A DNA stretch of 44,015 nt from Thermoplasmatota archaeon (GTDB lineage Archaea > Thermoplasmatota > Penumbrarchaeia > Penumbrarchaeales > Penumbrarchaeaceae). Shown in pieces: positions 16,502-25,396 of this stretch. Each line of letters starts with the position of its first letter. Within the stretch, counting starts at the first letter, position 1. The position numbers and the translations under genes are program-made. The stretch spans positions 1 through 44,015 of the forward strand of contig JBLIRI010000002.1 of the NCBI GenBank assembly GCA_049472235.1, in the 5' to 3' direction. The notes beneath the pieces are model-generated. The model was not told the origin of the DNA. It worked only from the letters and a program-made list of their open reading frames with translations, and searched no databases.

Positions 16502-19096
16502 ATGGTCAGGTCAACGCACGCCAGGTTCCTGCAAGGCTTATCGATATCCCTGCTGATCGTCATCTCCGGCTTGGTCATCGTTTCGTTGGACGATGCCCCT
16601 GTCCTTGCGGCCGATCCGGTCAGGGGAGTGGGGCCGATCGTCAACAGGTCGGTGGTGGAGATAACCCTCTACGAGGACTTCGGCGAGTTCTCCGGTCAGT
16701 ATTTCTTCGGCACCGGCAGAGGGTCACTTGATATCTTCTACGACCCCAATTACAACTGGAAGGAAGGGGAGATCGAATACCCCCACAAAGCCTTCGAGGT
16801 CGCCTATCCCTGGGGGTACGACAAATCGACAACCCCGATTGAGGTCAAGTTCGTCACCTCCCATTACGATACGAACTTTGCCACCGCCACCGTAACCTGC
16901 CAGAACCCCGATTTCAACTCCTACATCTACGGTCAGGACCATTTCAAGATCAAAGTGACCGCCTGGAACTCAACGGGCAGTTCTACGGCAGAGCTCTGGT
17001 TCGAGGTCCTCAACGTCAACGACCCCCCGACCCAGATCTCCGAGAAGGATTTCTTCTCCATTGCAATGAACGAGGATTCCTATTATGATGGGATCAACAA
17101 GGACAACGACCAGCTTGATGATATATTCGGGGACAAGCGTGATCCGGACGACACCCTGATCTACACCTATGAACCCATGAACGCCCTTGCGAGCCCCGAG
17201 AACATATCCATAGACCTCGATCCGGACGGTTCGTCGATCATATTCACCCCCGTTCCGGACTGGGCCTGCCCCTACGTTCCGACCCAGGATAGATTGAAGG
17301 GGAAGAACTACAGACCTGGCGGGGACAAGACATGGTCGGATTTCTTCGCCCACTTCCGTTTCAACTGCTCCGACCTGGAAGGCGCCTACGTACTCGGCGA
17401 TCTCTATGTCTACGTCGGACCTGTCAACGATGTTCCCGTAATGGACCTCCCCGACGATCACTATGTCAACGAGGACACGAAGGCTGTCATCCAATTCACT
17501 GCCACTGATGTGGACCCCGATTACGAGCAGGTCCTCAGGTTCGGGACAAATGTCACCACGATAGTGTTCGACAGGTCGGGGGTCCAGCTGGAGTTCACGG
17601 AAGGGTATCTGTTCGATTCGAAGACGGGGAAGCTCGAGTTCTTCACCGACAACAAGCTCGTGGGAGACTACCCGGTTGCGGTATGGGTCAACGACAGACC
17701 CTCCGAGGAGCTTGGGACGAAGGGAGACTATCCCGTCACCCCGTACAGGATCTATTCGAACTTGACCCTCCATATAGTCAACAAGAACGATCCTCCAACC
17801 GCCAGGATGGACTCGCCATCGGATACATTCACCTACAACACCACCTGGCCCGTGGAGTTCAACGCGACCAGGAGCGCCGATCCCGACCTGATCCATGGCC
17901 AGGAACTGACCTATAGATGGTACGTGAACGGCGAGCCCGTCGGTGAAGGCATGGTGATCGAGCACCTTTTCACCAAGGAAGGAGAGTACAAGGTAGCCCT
18001 GAACGTTACCGATGGAGAGTTCTTCTCGAAGGTGAACAGGACGATCAAGGTGATAAAGACCAGGATACTTGGCGAGATCTTCGAGGGCAAGGAGATAGAT
18101 CAAACATACAACGACAATGTCTCCGACCCCCTGGTCCTTCACAGGAGCCAGGAGGAGATGTTCATGGAGTTCGACTCGAAGGAATCCATAGACATCCGGA
18201 CGGTTGAAGGATACAGGGACCCCGGCAACGAGAGATTGTACAGGATCCGCATCAATTTCGGGGAGAAGATGGAATATCTTTTCACACAGGAGAGACAGCA
18301 GGAACCCATCCTGGATGTATACTTCCTTAAACCGGACTTCATCGAGGACAGGGTTGCTCCCAAGGATTCGGATATTCCCACCTACAACTTCCCTGTTCCC
18401 ACGTCCAACTACCGTTACAACAAGATGCAGTTCGACCTGAGGCAGGTTTCGGTGATATACTATCCTCTCGTGGACAAGGTACCCGCGATCCGCAAGCTCG
18501 ATACCGACATGGGGGTCGAGATCACGCTGACCGTCGCGGAACTGGATGAGATGAACGTCAATCCGGATTTCATCCTTTACGTGACGGCAAGCATGAAAAC
18601 CACGGTCACCAAGTCCACGGGCCAGGTCACGATAATCAAGTCCTGGGACTCGGGCGGTTTCGGAGCGATGGTGCCCCAGGTCGATGCCGGGACGACCGGA
18701 GACAATGGAGGTTCCCAGAAGGGATTGAGTCCCATCGTCATAGTGATACCCTCGGTGATCCTCCTCGTGATCATACTGGCGGTCGTTGTCCTGCTGATAT
18801 TCTTCTTCCTTGGCAAGAAAGAGAAGAAGGAGGGGCCGGAACAGCTCTATGTCCCGCCACAGGACTTCTCGGTGGAAGATATGGTGTTCGGAGGCCCTCA
18901 GGCCATGACCGCTGAACAATTGTACGGAGCGCCTCAACCTCAAGGTCAGGCCCTCCCCCAGACACCGCCGCCCGAGGGACTTCCTCCTGCCCAGCCTCAG
19001 ACCATGGTCCAGCCGGTCCAGGCTCCGCAGCAGGTCCCGGCTCCACCTCAGGACGCCCCCCAGGGGCCTCCCCCCCAGGTACAGCTCCCACAGTGA
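16502..19096 (+). CDS. large surface protein: signal-anchor, cadherin-like and PKD domains, C-terminal TM, Pro/Gln-rich cytoplasmic tail
   Basis: Start chosen at ATG 16502 (MVRSTHARFLQGLSISLLIVISGLVIV); the track ORF begins at 16460. Motifs: VLNVNDPPT, IVNKNDPPTA, PKD-like YRWYVNGEP...GEYKVALNVTDGEF. TM IVIVIPSVILLVIILAVVVLLIFFF. Tail QPQGQALPQTPPPEGLPPAQPQ... Confidence 0.8.
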   Translation: MVRSTHARFLQGLSISLLIVISGLVIVSLDDAPVLAADPVRGVGPIVNRSVVEITLYEDFGEFSGQYFFGTGRGSLDIFYDPNYNWKEGEIEYPHKAFEVAYPWGYDKSTTPIEVKFVTSHYDTNFATATVTCQNPDFNSYIYGQDHFKIKVTAWNSTGSSTAELWFEVLNVNDPPTQISEKDFFSIAMNEDSYYDGINKDNDQLDDIFGDKRDPDDTLIYTYEPMNALASPENISIDLDPDGSSIIFTPVPDWACPYVPTQDRLKGKNYRPGGDKTWSDFFAHFRFNCSDLEGAYVLGDLYVYVGPVNDVPVMDLPDDHYVNEDTKAVIQFTATDVDPDYEQVLRFGTNVTTIVFDRSGVQLEFTEGYLFDSKTGKLEFFTDNKLVGDYPVAVWVNDRPSEELGTKGDYPVTPYRIYSNLTLHIVNKNDPPTARMDSPSDTFTYNTTWPVEFNATRSADPDLIHGQELTYRWYVNGEPVGEGMVIEHLFTKEGEYKVALNVTDGEFFSKVNRTIKVIKTRILGEIFEGKEIDQTYNDNVSDPLVLHRSQEEMFMEFDSKESIDIRTVEGYRDPGNERLYRIRINFGEKMEYLFTQERQQEPILDVYFLKPDFIEDRVAPKDSDIPTYNFPVPTSNYRYNKMQFDLRQVSVIYYPLVDKVPAIRKLDTDMGVEITLTVAELDEMNVNPDFILYVTASMKTTVTKSTGQVTIIKSWDSGGFGAMVPQVDAGTTGDNGGSQKGLSPIVIVIPSVILLVIILAVVVLLIFFFLGKKEKKEGPEQLYVPPQDFSVEDMVFGGPQAMTAEQLYGAPQPQGQALPQTPPPEGLPPAQPQTMVQPVQAPQQVPAPPQDAPQGPPPQVQLPQ

Positions 19097-19132
19097 GAAG
19101 GACATCCTGCTTTTCGCGATGTTCGAAGGTCC

Positions 19133-19603
19133 CTACTGCTGGTAGATCGTGACCTTCTTCATCTGCACCGGGCTGATGGGTCGATCGTTGGCCCCCTTGG
19201 GGACCGCCTGGATCTTGTCTGCAACTTCCTGCCCCTGCACAATGAACCCGAAAACACTGTGATGGTTGTCAAGCCATGGAGTTCCGCCGTTCTTGGTCAC
19301 GATGAAGAACTGGGACCCGCCGGTGTTCGGGCCGGCGTTCGCCATGGACAGCGCTCCCTTGGAATGTCTGAGCTGCGGGTGGAATTCGTCCTTAATATTG
19401 TATCCGGGACCGCCGGTTCCCGTTCCCTTGGGGCAGCCCCCCTGTATCATGAAGTCGGGGATGACCCTGTGAAAGATCAACCCGTTGTAGAATCCGGAGC
19501 TTGCCAGTTTGATGAAGTTCTGAGTCGTTATCGGGGCCTTGTCCGTTTCAAGCCTTACCACCATATCGCCGTAGTTCGTCTCGATCTTCGCATACGTGGT
19601 CAT
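19133..19603 (-). CDS. ppiB: peptidyl-prolyl cis-trans isomerase, cyclophilin type
   Basis: 156 aa. Motifs: [44 protein letters not shown] stop. Confidence 0.9.
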   Translation of the reverse strand: MTTYAKIETNYGDMVVRLETDKAPITTQNFIKLASSGFYNGLIFHRVIPDFMIQGGCPKGTGTGGPGYNIKDEFHPQLRHSKGALSMANAGPNTGGSQFFIVTKNGGTPWLDNHHSVFGFIVQGQEVADKIQAVPKGANDRPISPVQMKKVTIYQQ

Positions 19604-19657
19604 ATCGTCACCTTGGCCGGGTATGGGAAAGAAGGTATTAAAATGGAACCATGACCC

Positions 19658-20851
19658 TCACATCAGGTCCCCGAGTTCCTTGATAACCGCTGGATATTTC
19701 GATGCAAGGGCCTTGAGCAGCTCCTCCGTGGAGATATCCTTGAGGTCGTATTCCGAGATGGCGGATATCACCTTGTCAAGCGTTTCATCTGAGACCTCGA
19801 GAAGCTTCTCCTTAGCAAGGTAGTTCCGGGCCATCTCCATCTCCAACCTGTCCCTCCACCTTCTCTCGTAAGGCTCCAGGGAGGCCTTCGAGGTGTCCCC
19901 CTTTTCAAGCGCCTCGCAGATCGTCCTCCCGGCCTGGAGGGCAGCATAGCATCCATTGTAGACGCCTCCTCCGGTGAGCGGATCTATCATTCTCGCGGCA
20001 TCCCCGACGATGACAAGATGGTCGGCGACAGTTTCTTCCAATGGCAGCGAGACCGAGACCCCCCCTCCGTTTATCTCGGTTATCTTCCCCTTCGAGAACC
20101 TGGGATCACGGGCTATGAACTCGTCAAGATACCTCCTGGCATCTGCGATCCCATAAAGCATGCTGCCGTTCACTCCGAGACCGACATTCGCCGTATCGGG
20201 TCCCTTCGGGAAGCACCAGATGTAGCCCCCGGGAACATATTTCCTGCCCAGAAAGAACTCGGTGTACCTTTCGCTGGTCTCCACCCCGACCATCTCGTAC
20301 TGCAAACATGTATCGATATCCTTCAGCTCGAGACCGGTATCTATCCCGGCCCACCTCGCCACCAGCGATTCGAACCCGTCCGCAGCCACGACGACCCTGG
20401 CCTTGACCTCGATGGTCTCAGAAAGCAGTTTCACCACCACGGAGACGCCATCCCCGACATTCTCGTAAGATACGGCCTCGGCCCTTACCCATACCTCGGC
20501 TCCGGACCTTGCGGCCATTGCCGCAAGCTCCTGGTCGAACTTCTCCCTGTGGATAACGAAACCTACCTCTGGACCTGCGATATCGGGACCAAGAGTGAGA
20601 ACATGCCCCCCCGGTGATATGATCCTGGCCCCGTCCATTTCCGATGAAACGAACGATGGATGCGGCTCCAGACCCACGAGCTTCAGAAGATCCTTGGATA
20701 TGCCCTCGCCGCACCTGACGGGAACCCCTATCTCCGGCCTCTTTTCGATCATCAGGACCTTCCAGCCGCCGCGGGCGACCTCTCTGGCGGCGATGCTCCC
20801 GGCCGGGCCACCTCCGATGACGAGGCAGTCGACCTCGAGGGTTTCAGGCAT
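19658..20851 (-). CDS. geranylgeranyl reductase family FAD-dependent oxidoreductase (digeranylgeranylglycerophospholipid reductase-like)
   Basis: 397 aa. Motifs: DCLVIGGGPAGSIAAREVARGG, RCGEG, and the C-terminal GDAARMIDPLTGGG. Confidence 0.85.
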   Translation of the reverse strand: MPETLEVDCLVIGGGPAGSIAAREVARGGWKVLMIEKRPEIGVPVRCGEGISKDLLKLVGLEPHPSFVSSEMDGARIISPGGHVLTLGPDIAGPEVGFVIHREKFDQELAAMAARSGAEVWVRAEAVSYENVGDGVSVVVKLLSETIEVKARVVVAADGFESLVARWAGIDTGLELKDIDTCLQYEMVGVETSERYTEFFLGRKYVPGGYIWCFPKGPDTANVGLGVNGSMLYGIADARRYLDEFIARDPRFSKGKITEINGGGVSVSLPLEETVADHLVIVGDAARMIDPLTGGGVYNGCYAALQAGRTICEALEKGDTSKASLEPYERRWRDRLEMEMARNYLAKEKLLEVSDETLDKVISAISEYDLKDISTEELLKALASKYPAVIKELGDLM

Positions 20852-21038
20852 CGGGACCCTCCCCTTTGCTCAAAGCACCGACAGGACATATCTTTATACA
20901 GCGTCCGCATCCCGTGCAGACCTCCTCCATGATAAATATCCTGTTGTTTGAAAACCTCAGGGCCCCTGCAGGGCAGCTTCCCACACAGGCAACGCATCTG
21001 ATGCAAACGAGCTCATCCCATTCAGGAATGGTGGACAT
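20844..21038 (-). CDS. 2x[4Fe-4S] ferredoxin
   Basis: Motifs CIRCVACVGSCP and CTGCGRCIKICP. ATG at 21038 (track GTG 21053). 8-nt overlap with the GGR start. Confidence 0.8.
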   Translation of the reverse strand: MSTIPEWDELVCIRCVACVGSCPAGALRFSNNRIFIMEEVCTGCGRCIKICPVGALSKGEGPDA

Positions 21039-21085
21039 CGGAGACCGTAACACCGGTTGGTGTTAAATTGTTTTTCAATCCGATC

Positions 21086-21232
21086 TCAGGGTTGACCGAT
21101 GCCGTAAATGGCCCTTATCGGCAAAATCGCATCCCATTTTGACCGGCATGCCGGACAGAAGTTCATGTATCCTTCCCTTGTGCCAATGCAAAAATGGACC
21201 ACGAAACCGGAATTACAGTTGGGACATCTCAT
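21086..21232 (-). CDS. 48-aa zinc-ribbon mini-protein (below the ORF-track cutoff)
   Basis: Own translation: MRCPNCNSGFVVHFCIGTREGYMNFCPACRSKWDAILPIRAIYGIGQP*. CxxC...CxxC. A/T-rich TATA-like TTTTTATTAAATA on the minus strand lies about 30 nt upstream. Confidence 0.4.
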   Translation of the reverse strand: MRCPNCNSGFVVHFCIGTREGYMNFCPACRSKWDAILPIRAIYGIGQP

Positions 21233-21330
21233 GTCATTTGTAACAATTTCATTGTTTACTATTTAATAAAAATTCCCAAATTATCGTCTACCGATAATAA
21301 TAGTCCGATGGGTCGATAATGGTCGCTGGG

Positions 21331-21564
21331 TCATCCCTCTTCATAGACGAGCTCACGCAGCTTGATCATGTTGTCGATCCCCTTCACGATGTACTCGAAC
21401 TCCATGGGGCATTTTATGCACTGTCCGGAGAGCTCGGCCTTCTGCTTTATATGGTCCTCGTTGAACTTGTAGACCTTCAAGGCTCCCTCCGCCTGGCACA
21501 GAGGGCATTTCATGTTGATTTTCAGCTGCATGGTATCCCTTCCTTTTTGCAAAGGTATGGTCAT
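21331..21564 (-). CDS. small Cys-containing hypothetical protein
   Basis: 77 aa with CPLC ... C..C. Composition is more protein-like than the overlapping + ORF 21319..21633. Confidence 0.4.
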   Translation of the reverse strand: MTIPLQKGRDTMQLKINMKCPLCQAEGALKVYKFNEDHIKQKAELSGQCIKCPMEFEYIVKGIDNMIKLRELVYEEG

Positions 21565-21687
21565 GTTCTTATTATTCCTTTACCGATGAGGAACTCTCCC
21601 TTTCAAACCTGCTCTGCCCCGAACGTTGCATAAACAAACAATAAATAGACCACTTCCATAAGGAACCTCTTACAAGGGAGTGTTATC

Positions 21688-22017
21688 ATGGACTGGCCGG
21701 ATAGACCCGTGGAACTGTCGGACTCCACAATTGATGAATTCACAAAGAGCTACACCGTTGCGGTGGTCGATTTCTGGGGCCCCTCCTGCGCCCCGTGCAA
21801 GATGATGGCACCTGTACTGGAGCAGCTTGCATCGGAGATGAAGGGCCAGGTCGCCTTCGGAAAGATGGACGTCACCAAGAACATGAAGACATCCATGGCC
21901 ATGGGAATAAGGTCCATCCCGACCTTTGCTTTCTACAGGGACGGAAAGGTGGTCAAGTCCAAGATGGGTTTCATTCCAAAGGGCAGGATGATAACCGAGA
22001 TCAGGGAGATCCTCTGA
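21688..22017 (+). CDS. trxA: thioredoxin
   Basis: 109 aa. Motifs: VVDFWGPSCAPCKMMAP, IRSIPTFAFYRDG. TATA-like AATAAATAG lies about 40 nt upstream. Confidence 0.85.
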   Translation: MDWPDRPVELSDSTIDEFTKSYTVAVVDFWGPSCAPCKMMAPVLEQLASEMKGQVAFGKMDVTKNMKTSMAMGIRSIPTFAFYRDGKVVKSKMGFIPKGRMITEIREIL

Positions 22018-22037
22018 ATCACCCTCGGGGTGTTCCG

Positions 22038-22847
22038 ATGGGATCGATACCGGAGTCGGAATGGAAGGACCCCCTCGAGGTCTGCATCGTTCAACCGAGA
22101 CTATCACTGGGGGACATCGACGAGAACCTCTCGAGCGCTTCCTCTCTTATAAATATGGCCTCGGGAGAAGGGCCGATGGACATTGTCGTCCTCCCGGAGG
22201 TCTTTGCCACCGGATTCCCTTACGACCTCCTTCCCGAGCTCTCGAAAAGGGCACCTGAAATGATCTCTTTCATGGGTGACGTCGCCAGGGAGCATTCCAC
22301 TGCCGTGATGTTCACATTGGTGGTCAACGACAGGGGCCGGTTCTACAATCGGTTCACGGCCCTGGACCGCGGCGGCAGGACGATCGCCGCCTACGACAAG
22401 ACCCACCTTTTCTCAAGAGCGGGGGAGGACGAGTTCTTCACCCCGGGCAGGACCCTGACGGAATTCACCCTCAAGGGAGCGAGGATCGCTCCTCTCATCT
22501 GTTATGAGGTGAGATTTCCCGAACTGGCAAGGAAACACATTCTCAACGGTGTGGACATCCTCATCTATCCCGCTCAATGGCCCGCGTTCCGGATATTCCA
22601 GTGGGAGACATTGTTAACAGCAAGGGCTATCGAGAACCAGTGCTACGTCATAGGGGTCGGCGGGATAGGAGACCACGGCCCGACAGCGATGGGAGGTCAT
22701 TCGAAGGTCATCGCTCCCTTCGGCGACGTCCTGTGCAGTATCGATGACCGAAGCGGATATTCAAGGACGAGGATCGATCCGGAAAGGATAAGGGATATGA
22801 GAAAGAGGATCCCGGTCCTTGTTGAAAGGAGGCCTGAACTATACTAA
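22038..22847 (+). CDS. carbon-nitrogen hydrolase (nitrilase superfamily, omega-amidase-like)
   Basis: Start moved to ATG 22038, because track ORF 21795 overlaps trxA. E-K-C triad contexts: VVLPEVF, AYDKTHLF, APLICYEVRFPE. Confidence 0.8.
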   Translation: MGSIPESEWKDPLEVCIVQPRLSLGDIDENLSSASSLINMASGEGPMDIVVLPEVFATGFPYDLLPELSKRAPEMISFMGDVAREHSTAVMFTLVVNDRGRFYNRFTALDRGGRTIAAYDKTHLFSRAGEDEFFTPGRTLTEFTLKGARIAPLICYEVRFPELARKHILNGVDILIYPAQWPAFRIFQWETLLTARAIENQCYVIGVGGIGDHGPTAMGGHSKVIAPFGDVLCSIDDRSGYSRTRIDPERIRDMRKRIPVLVERRPELY

Positions 22848-22863
22848 GGGGGGGGGAACGGGT

Positions 22864-23139
22864 TCAGGCCTCCCTTATGCATTTGAACCGCATAGGAAGC
22901 TGGATGCCGCAACTTAGACATTTTCCGACCACCAGGGTACCGAACCGGAGATCTCCGGACACGGGCTTCCCGTCCCTCTGGTTAGTCACCACATTGTTGA
23001 AGATCGTGACGTGCCTCGAACCGCACCGGGGGCATCTGTCCTGTTCGTAGGATGTGTAGAAACTCTCCATGGAGAACTTGTCGGAATACGGTAGGCCGCC
23101 ATGGATGTGGATCTGCCCGTTGCCCCGGTATTTTTCCAT
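22864..23139 (-). CDS. hypothetical zinc-ribbon protein
   Basis: 91 aa with CPRC ... CLSC. Last gene downstream of the KaiC-like trio. Confidence 0.45.
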   Translation of the reverse strand: MEKYRGNGQIHIHGGLPYSDKFSMESFYTSYEQDRCPRCGSRHVTIFNNVVTNQRDGKPVSGDLRFGTLVVGKCLSCGIQLPMRFKCIREA

Positions 23140-23215
23140 ACAACGAAAGAGCGGTACAATTAAGATATAAGCTTATCCTTTTATTTGGTACCGCTGTAGA
23201 ATAATCAGCCCCCCT

Positions 23216-23962
23216 CTAGTCCACGGAAAGGGCGGTCGGAATCTCCTTGACGGCCGATATCTGCCATTCCTCGGGGGGGTCCCCGGAACCCTTGACATGA
23301 ACGAAGCTGAGGGTCCTGAACCATGCTTCCCCCCTCTTATCCGCCCTGACCTCGATCACCGCATCGAAGAGCGTCTGTTCGAGGTCCCGGAAAACATCGT
23401 ATTCCAGCGGGCATCCGACCATGACGAGTCCCTGATTCTCCCTTGTTGACCTTTTCAGAATCCTCAATCTATCGACGATCTCCTCAAAGGAGGTTTCCTC
23501 GACCATATCGACGAGGGAATCGATCACCATCCTGAATGGCAGGACCTGTTTCGAGGATATCTCGGATAGTATCGAGAGGACCTTCTTGTGCGGATCTTGG
23601 GCTGCGGGTCTGTCGATCGAGTTTGATGAGATCTCGAGAAGGTCGGTGACCATGATCCCCTCGTTTATGAACCTGTCCCTCTTGACCACATCCGACAGCC
23701 TGAGGTCGATGACCGGGAGGAGGGAGATGAGTTCGGGTGTCCTTTCTATCCCGAGATCGAGCAGTTCCTCCATCAGCTCGCCTTCCGTCTGATGGGTGGA
23801 AACGAATATCGAGCTGGTGCCCTGAGGGACGTTCTCGAACATCTGCTTGAGAAGGAGGTCCCCGCCGCTGCCCTTGCCGGACTTGAACAATATCAGCTTC
23901 GAAAGGCCCACCTTGGAGATGATCCTTTTGGATACATCCTCGTTCCCGACCATTAGCCTCAT
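23216..23962 (-). CDS. KaiC/RecA-like paralog 3, degenerate P-loop
   Basis: 248 aa. Motifs: LILFKSGKGSGGDLL (no GK[ST]), Walker-B-like RMVIDSLVDM, and the C-terminal FVHVKGSG typical of KaiC-like folds. ATGA overlap with the upstream gene. Confidence 0.55.
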   Translation of the reverse strand: MRLMVGNEDVSKRIISKVGLSKLILFKSGKGSGGDLLLKQMFENVPQGTSSIFVSTHQTEGELMEELLDLGIERTPELISLLPVIDLRLSDVVKRDRFINEGIMVTDLLEISSNSIDRPAAQDPHKKVLSILSEISSKQVLPFRMVIDSLVDMVEETSFEEIVDRLRILKRSTRENQGLVMVGCPLEYDVFRDLEQTLFDAVIEVRADKRGEAWFRTLSFVHVKGSGDPPEEWQISAVKEIPTALSVD

Positions 23963-24540
23963 TTCTGGTCACCTCCCGGTATGAGCTGCAGGGTGTGATC
24001 TATCATGTTGGAGAGCTGGTCGGAGACCCTGGACCCTCCCGGTCTCTCCTGATCGAACAGGATTACCAGGCATTGCTCCTCCAGCATCCTGTTCAGGAGG
24101 AAGTGGAAGAATTCGCTTATCTGTCCCTCGGTGTAATACCTCTTCAGGTGCGTCAGGGAATCCAGGACCAGGAAGGTATACTCTCCGTTGGCGCTCCTGA
24201 AGTTCCTCTCCACCTCCATGAGGATGGACTCCAGGCTCACAGGCGTGGACAGGAAGGCGAAATCGTCGGCTACCGGAAGCTTGGAACCCATGGACAGGGA
24301 GATGGTATCGATGACCCTGAGACTCTTTTTTGGAAGCTTGGTCAGGGATATTCTCCTCGATAGTGCGTTCGCAGACCATTGGGTGGATATGAGCACCCCC
24401 TTTCTACCCATTTTCTTGGTGAGTCTCTCTATCAATTCGGTAAAGGTCTTGATGAACGCTTCCCCTGAGGAGGAGATCATGATCTGCGCCCCGGGTCTCA
24501 GGCTGCCATCCGGGACGGACTTGACCTTCTCGACCACCAT
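23959..24540 (-). CDS. KaiC/RecA-like paralog 2, P-loop lost
   Basis: 193 aa. GAQIMISSSGEAF sits where Walker A is expected. Walker-B-like FLVLDSLTHL. The start ATG directly abuts the TAG stop of the upstream gene. Confidence 0.5.
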   Translation of the reverse strand: MVVEKVKSVPDGSLRPGAQIMISSSGEAFIKTFTELIERLTKKMGRKGVLISTQWSANALSRRISLTKLPKKSLRVIDTISLSMGSKLPVADDFAFLSTPVSLESILMEVERNFRSANGEYTFLVLDSLTHLKRYYTEGQISEFFHFLLNRMLEEQCLVILFDQERPGGSRVSDQLSNMIDHTLQLIPGGDQK

Positions 24541-25275
24541 CTATCTCACCTCCAGAGGTTTGATCCGCGGTACAAGGAAGACACCGTCCTTGGAGATCTC
24601 GATGACATAGGTGTTCTTGGCATGCGAGCTTCCCTTCCAACGCTCTATTGTCATGGTGTTCAACATGATGGGGGGCTCCTCCTCTTTCTTGAAACCCAGG
24701 ATGATGTTGAAATTGTAGGGCTCCAGGCATCTGAGGTCCATTTGATGGATCGGGAGGTTCGTGTCCAGGGCTATGAATGTCGAGACGCCCAGTTCGATGA
24801 GCTTCCCCTTCAGTCTCTGAATGAAGAACACCTTGTTCCATTCCTCGAGAAGATGCAGGATCGGGTTGATGGGGTCGATGACCAGCCTTTTCGCATCGAG
24901 ATGCTGCAGGACCTGTATCAGAAGGTCGAAGAGCAGGTCCACGTCATCGGGGCCGGCGTTCTCCATATCGAGACCGACCAGTGCCATCAGGTCCTGGATG
25001 TTGAAGATCGAGATATATCCGTCCTTCAGCCAGTTCGATTGATAGGTCCTGAACGATGACATATGCGAGGATATCCGGCCGGGCGGCTCGTTCGTGATGA
25101 TGCAAACGTTCTTGTTCATATCAGCGCCCTGGAAGAGAAAATGATAGAGCATGGAGCTCTTTCCTGACCCGGCTGGCCCGTGGAAAATACCCAGAGACCC
25201 GGGAATGACCCTTCCCAGGGTTATGTTGTCAAGTTGGTCCACACCGAAACAGCTCTCCCCATCCTTTCCTTCCAT
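24541..25275 (-). CDS. KaiC/RecA-superfamily ATPase (COG0467-like), intact Walker A
   Basis: 244 aa. Motifs: GPAGSGKSS, Walker B KRLVIDPINPI, C-terminal IERWKGSSHAKNTYVIEISKDGVFLVP. TATA-like TTAAATAA lies about 25 nt upstream. Confidence 0.7.
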   Translation of the reverse strand: MEGKDGESCFGVDQLDNITLGRVIPGSLGIFHGPAGSGKSSMLYHFLFQGADMNKNVCIITNEPPGRISSHMSSFRTYQSNWLKDGYISIFNIQDLMALVGLDMENAGPDDVDLLFDLLIQVLQHLDAKRLVIDPINPILHLLEEWNKVFFIQRLKGKLIELGVSTFIALDTNLPIHQMDLRCLEPYNFNIILGFKKEEEPPIMLNTMTIERWKGSSHAKNTYVIEISKDGVFLVPRIKPLEVR

Positions 25276-25396
25276 GAAAGTTGATGTTCGAATGGTTATT
25301 TAACATCTATCAAGTGGTTTTACACCTATCATAATATCAGTGACGGATGGGGGGATCGAGATAGCGAACCATCGATCTTTCAACCGGAAAGCTTCA

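Noticed and set aside
16970-19105. 711-aa minus-strand ORF
   Set aside because: It is antisense to the cadherin/PKD surface protein gene. Its composition (Arg/Leu/Gly/Val-rich, no domains) and the high-GC third-position pattern make it a shadow ORF. The same reasoning applies to 38072..38992(-), 32689..33390(-), 10270..11112(+), 11007..11771(+), 2530..3243(+), 7296..7928(+) and similar.
21795-22037. 5' extension of the nitrilase-family ORF, overlapping thioredoxin
   Set aside because: The extension overlaps trxA in another frame and is Gly/His/Asp/Arg-rich junk. The conserved CN-hydrolase N-terminus begins right after ATG 22038.
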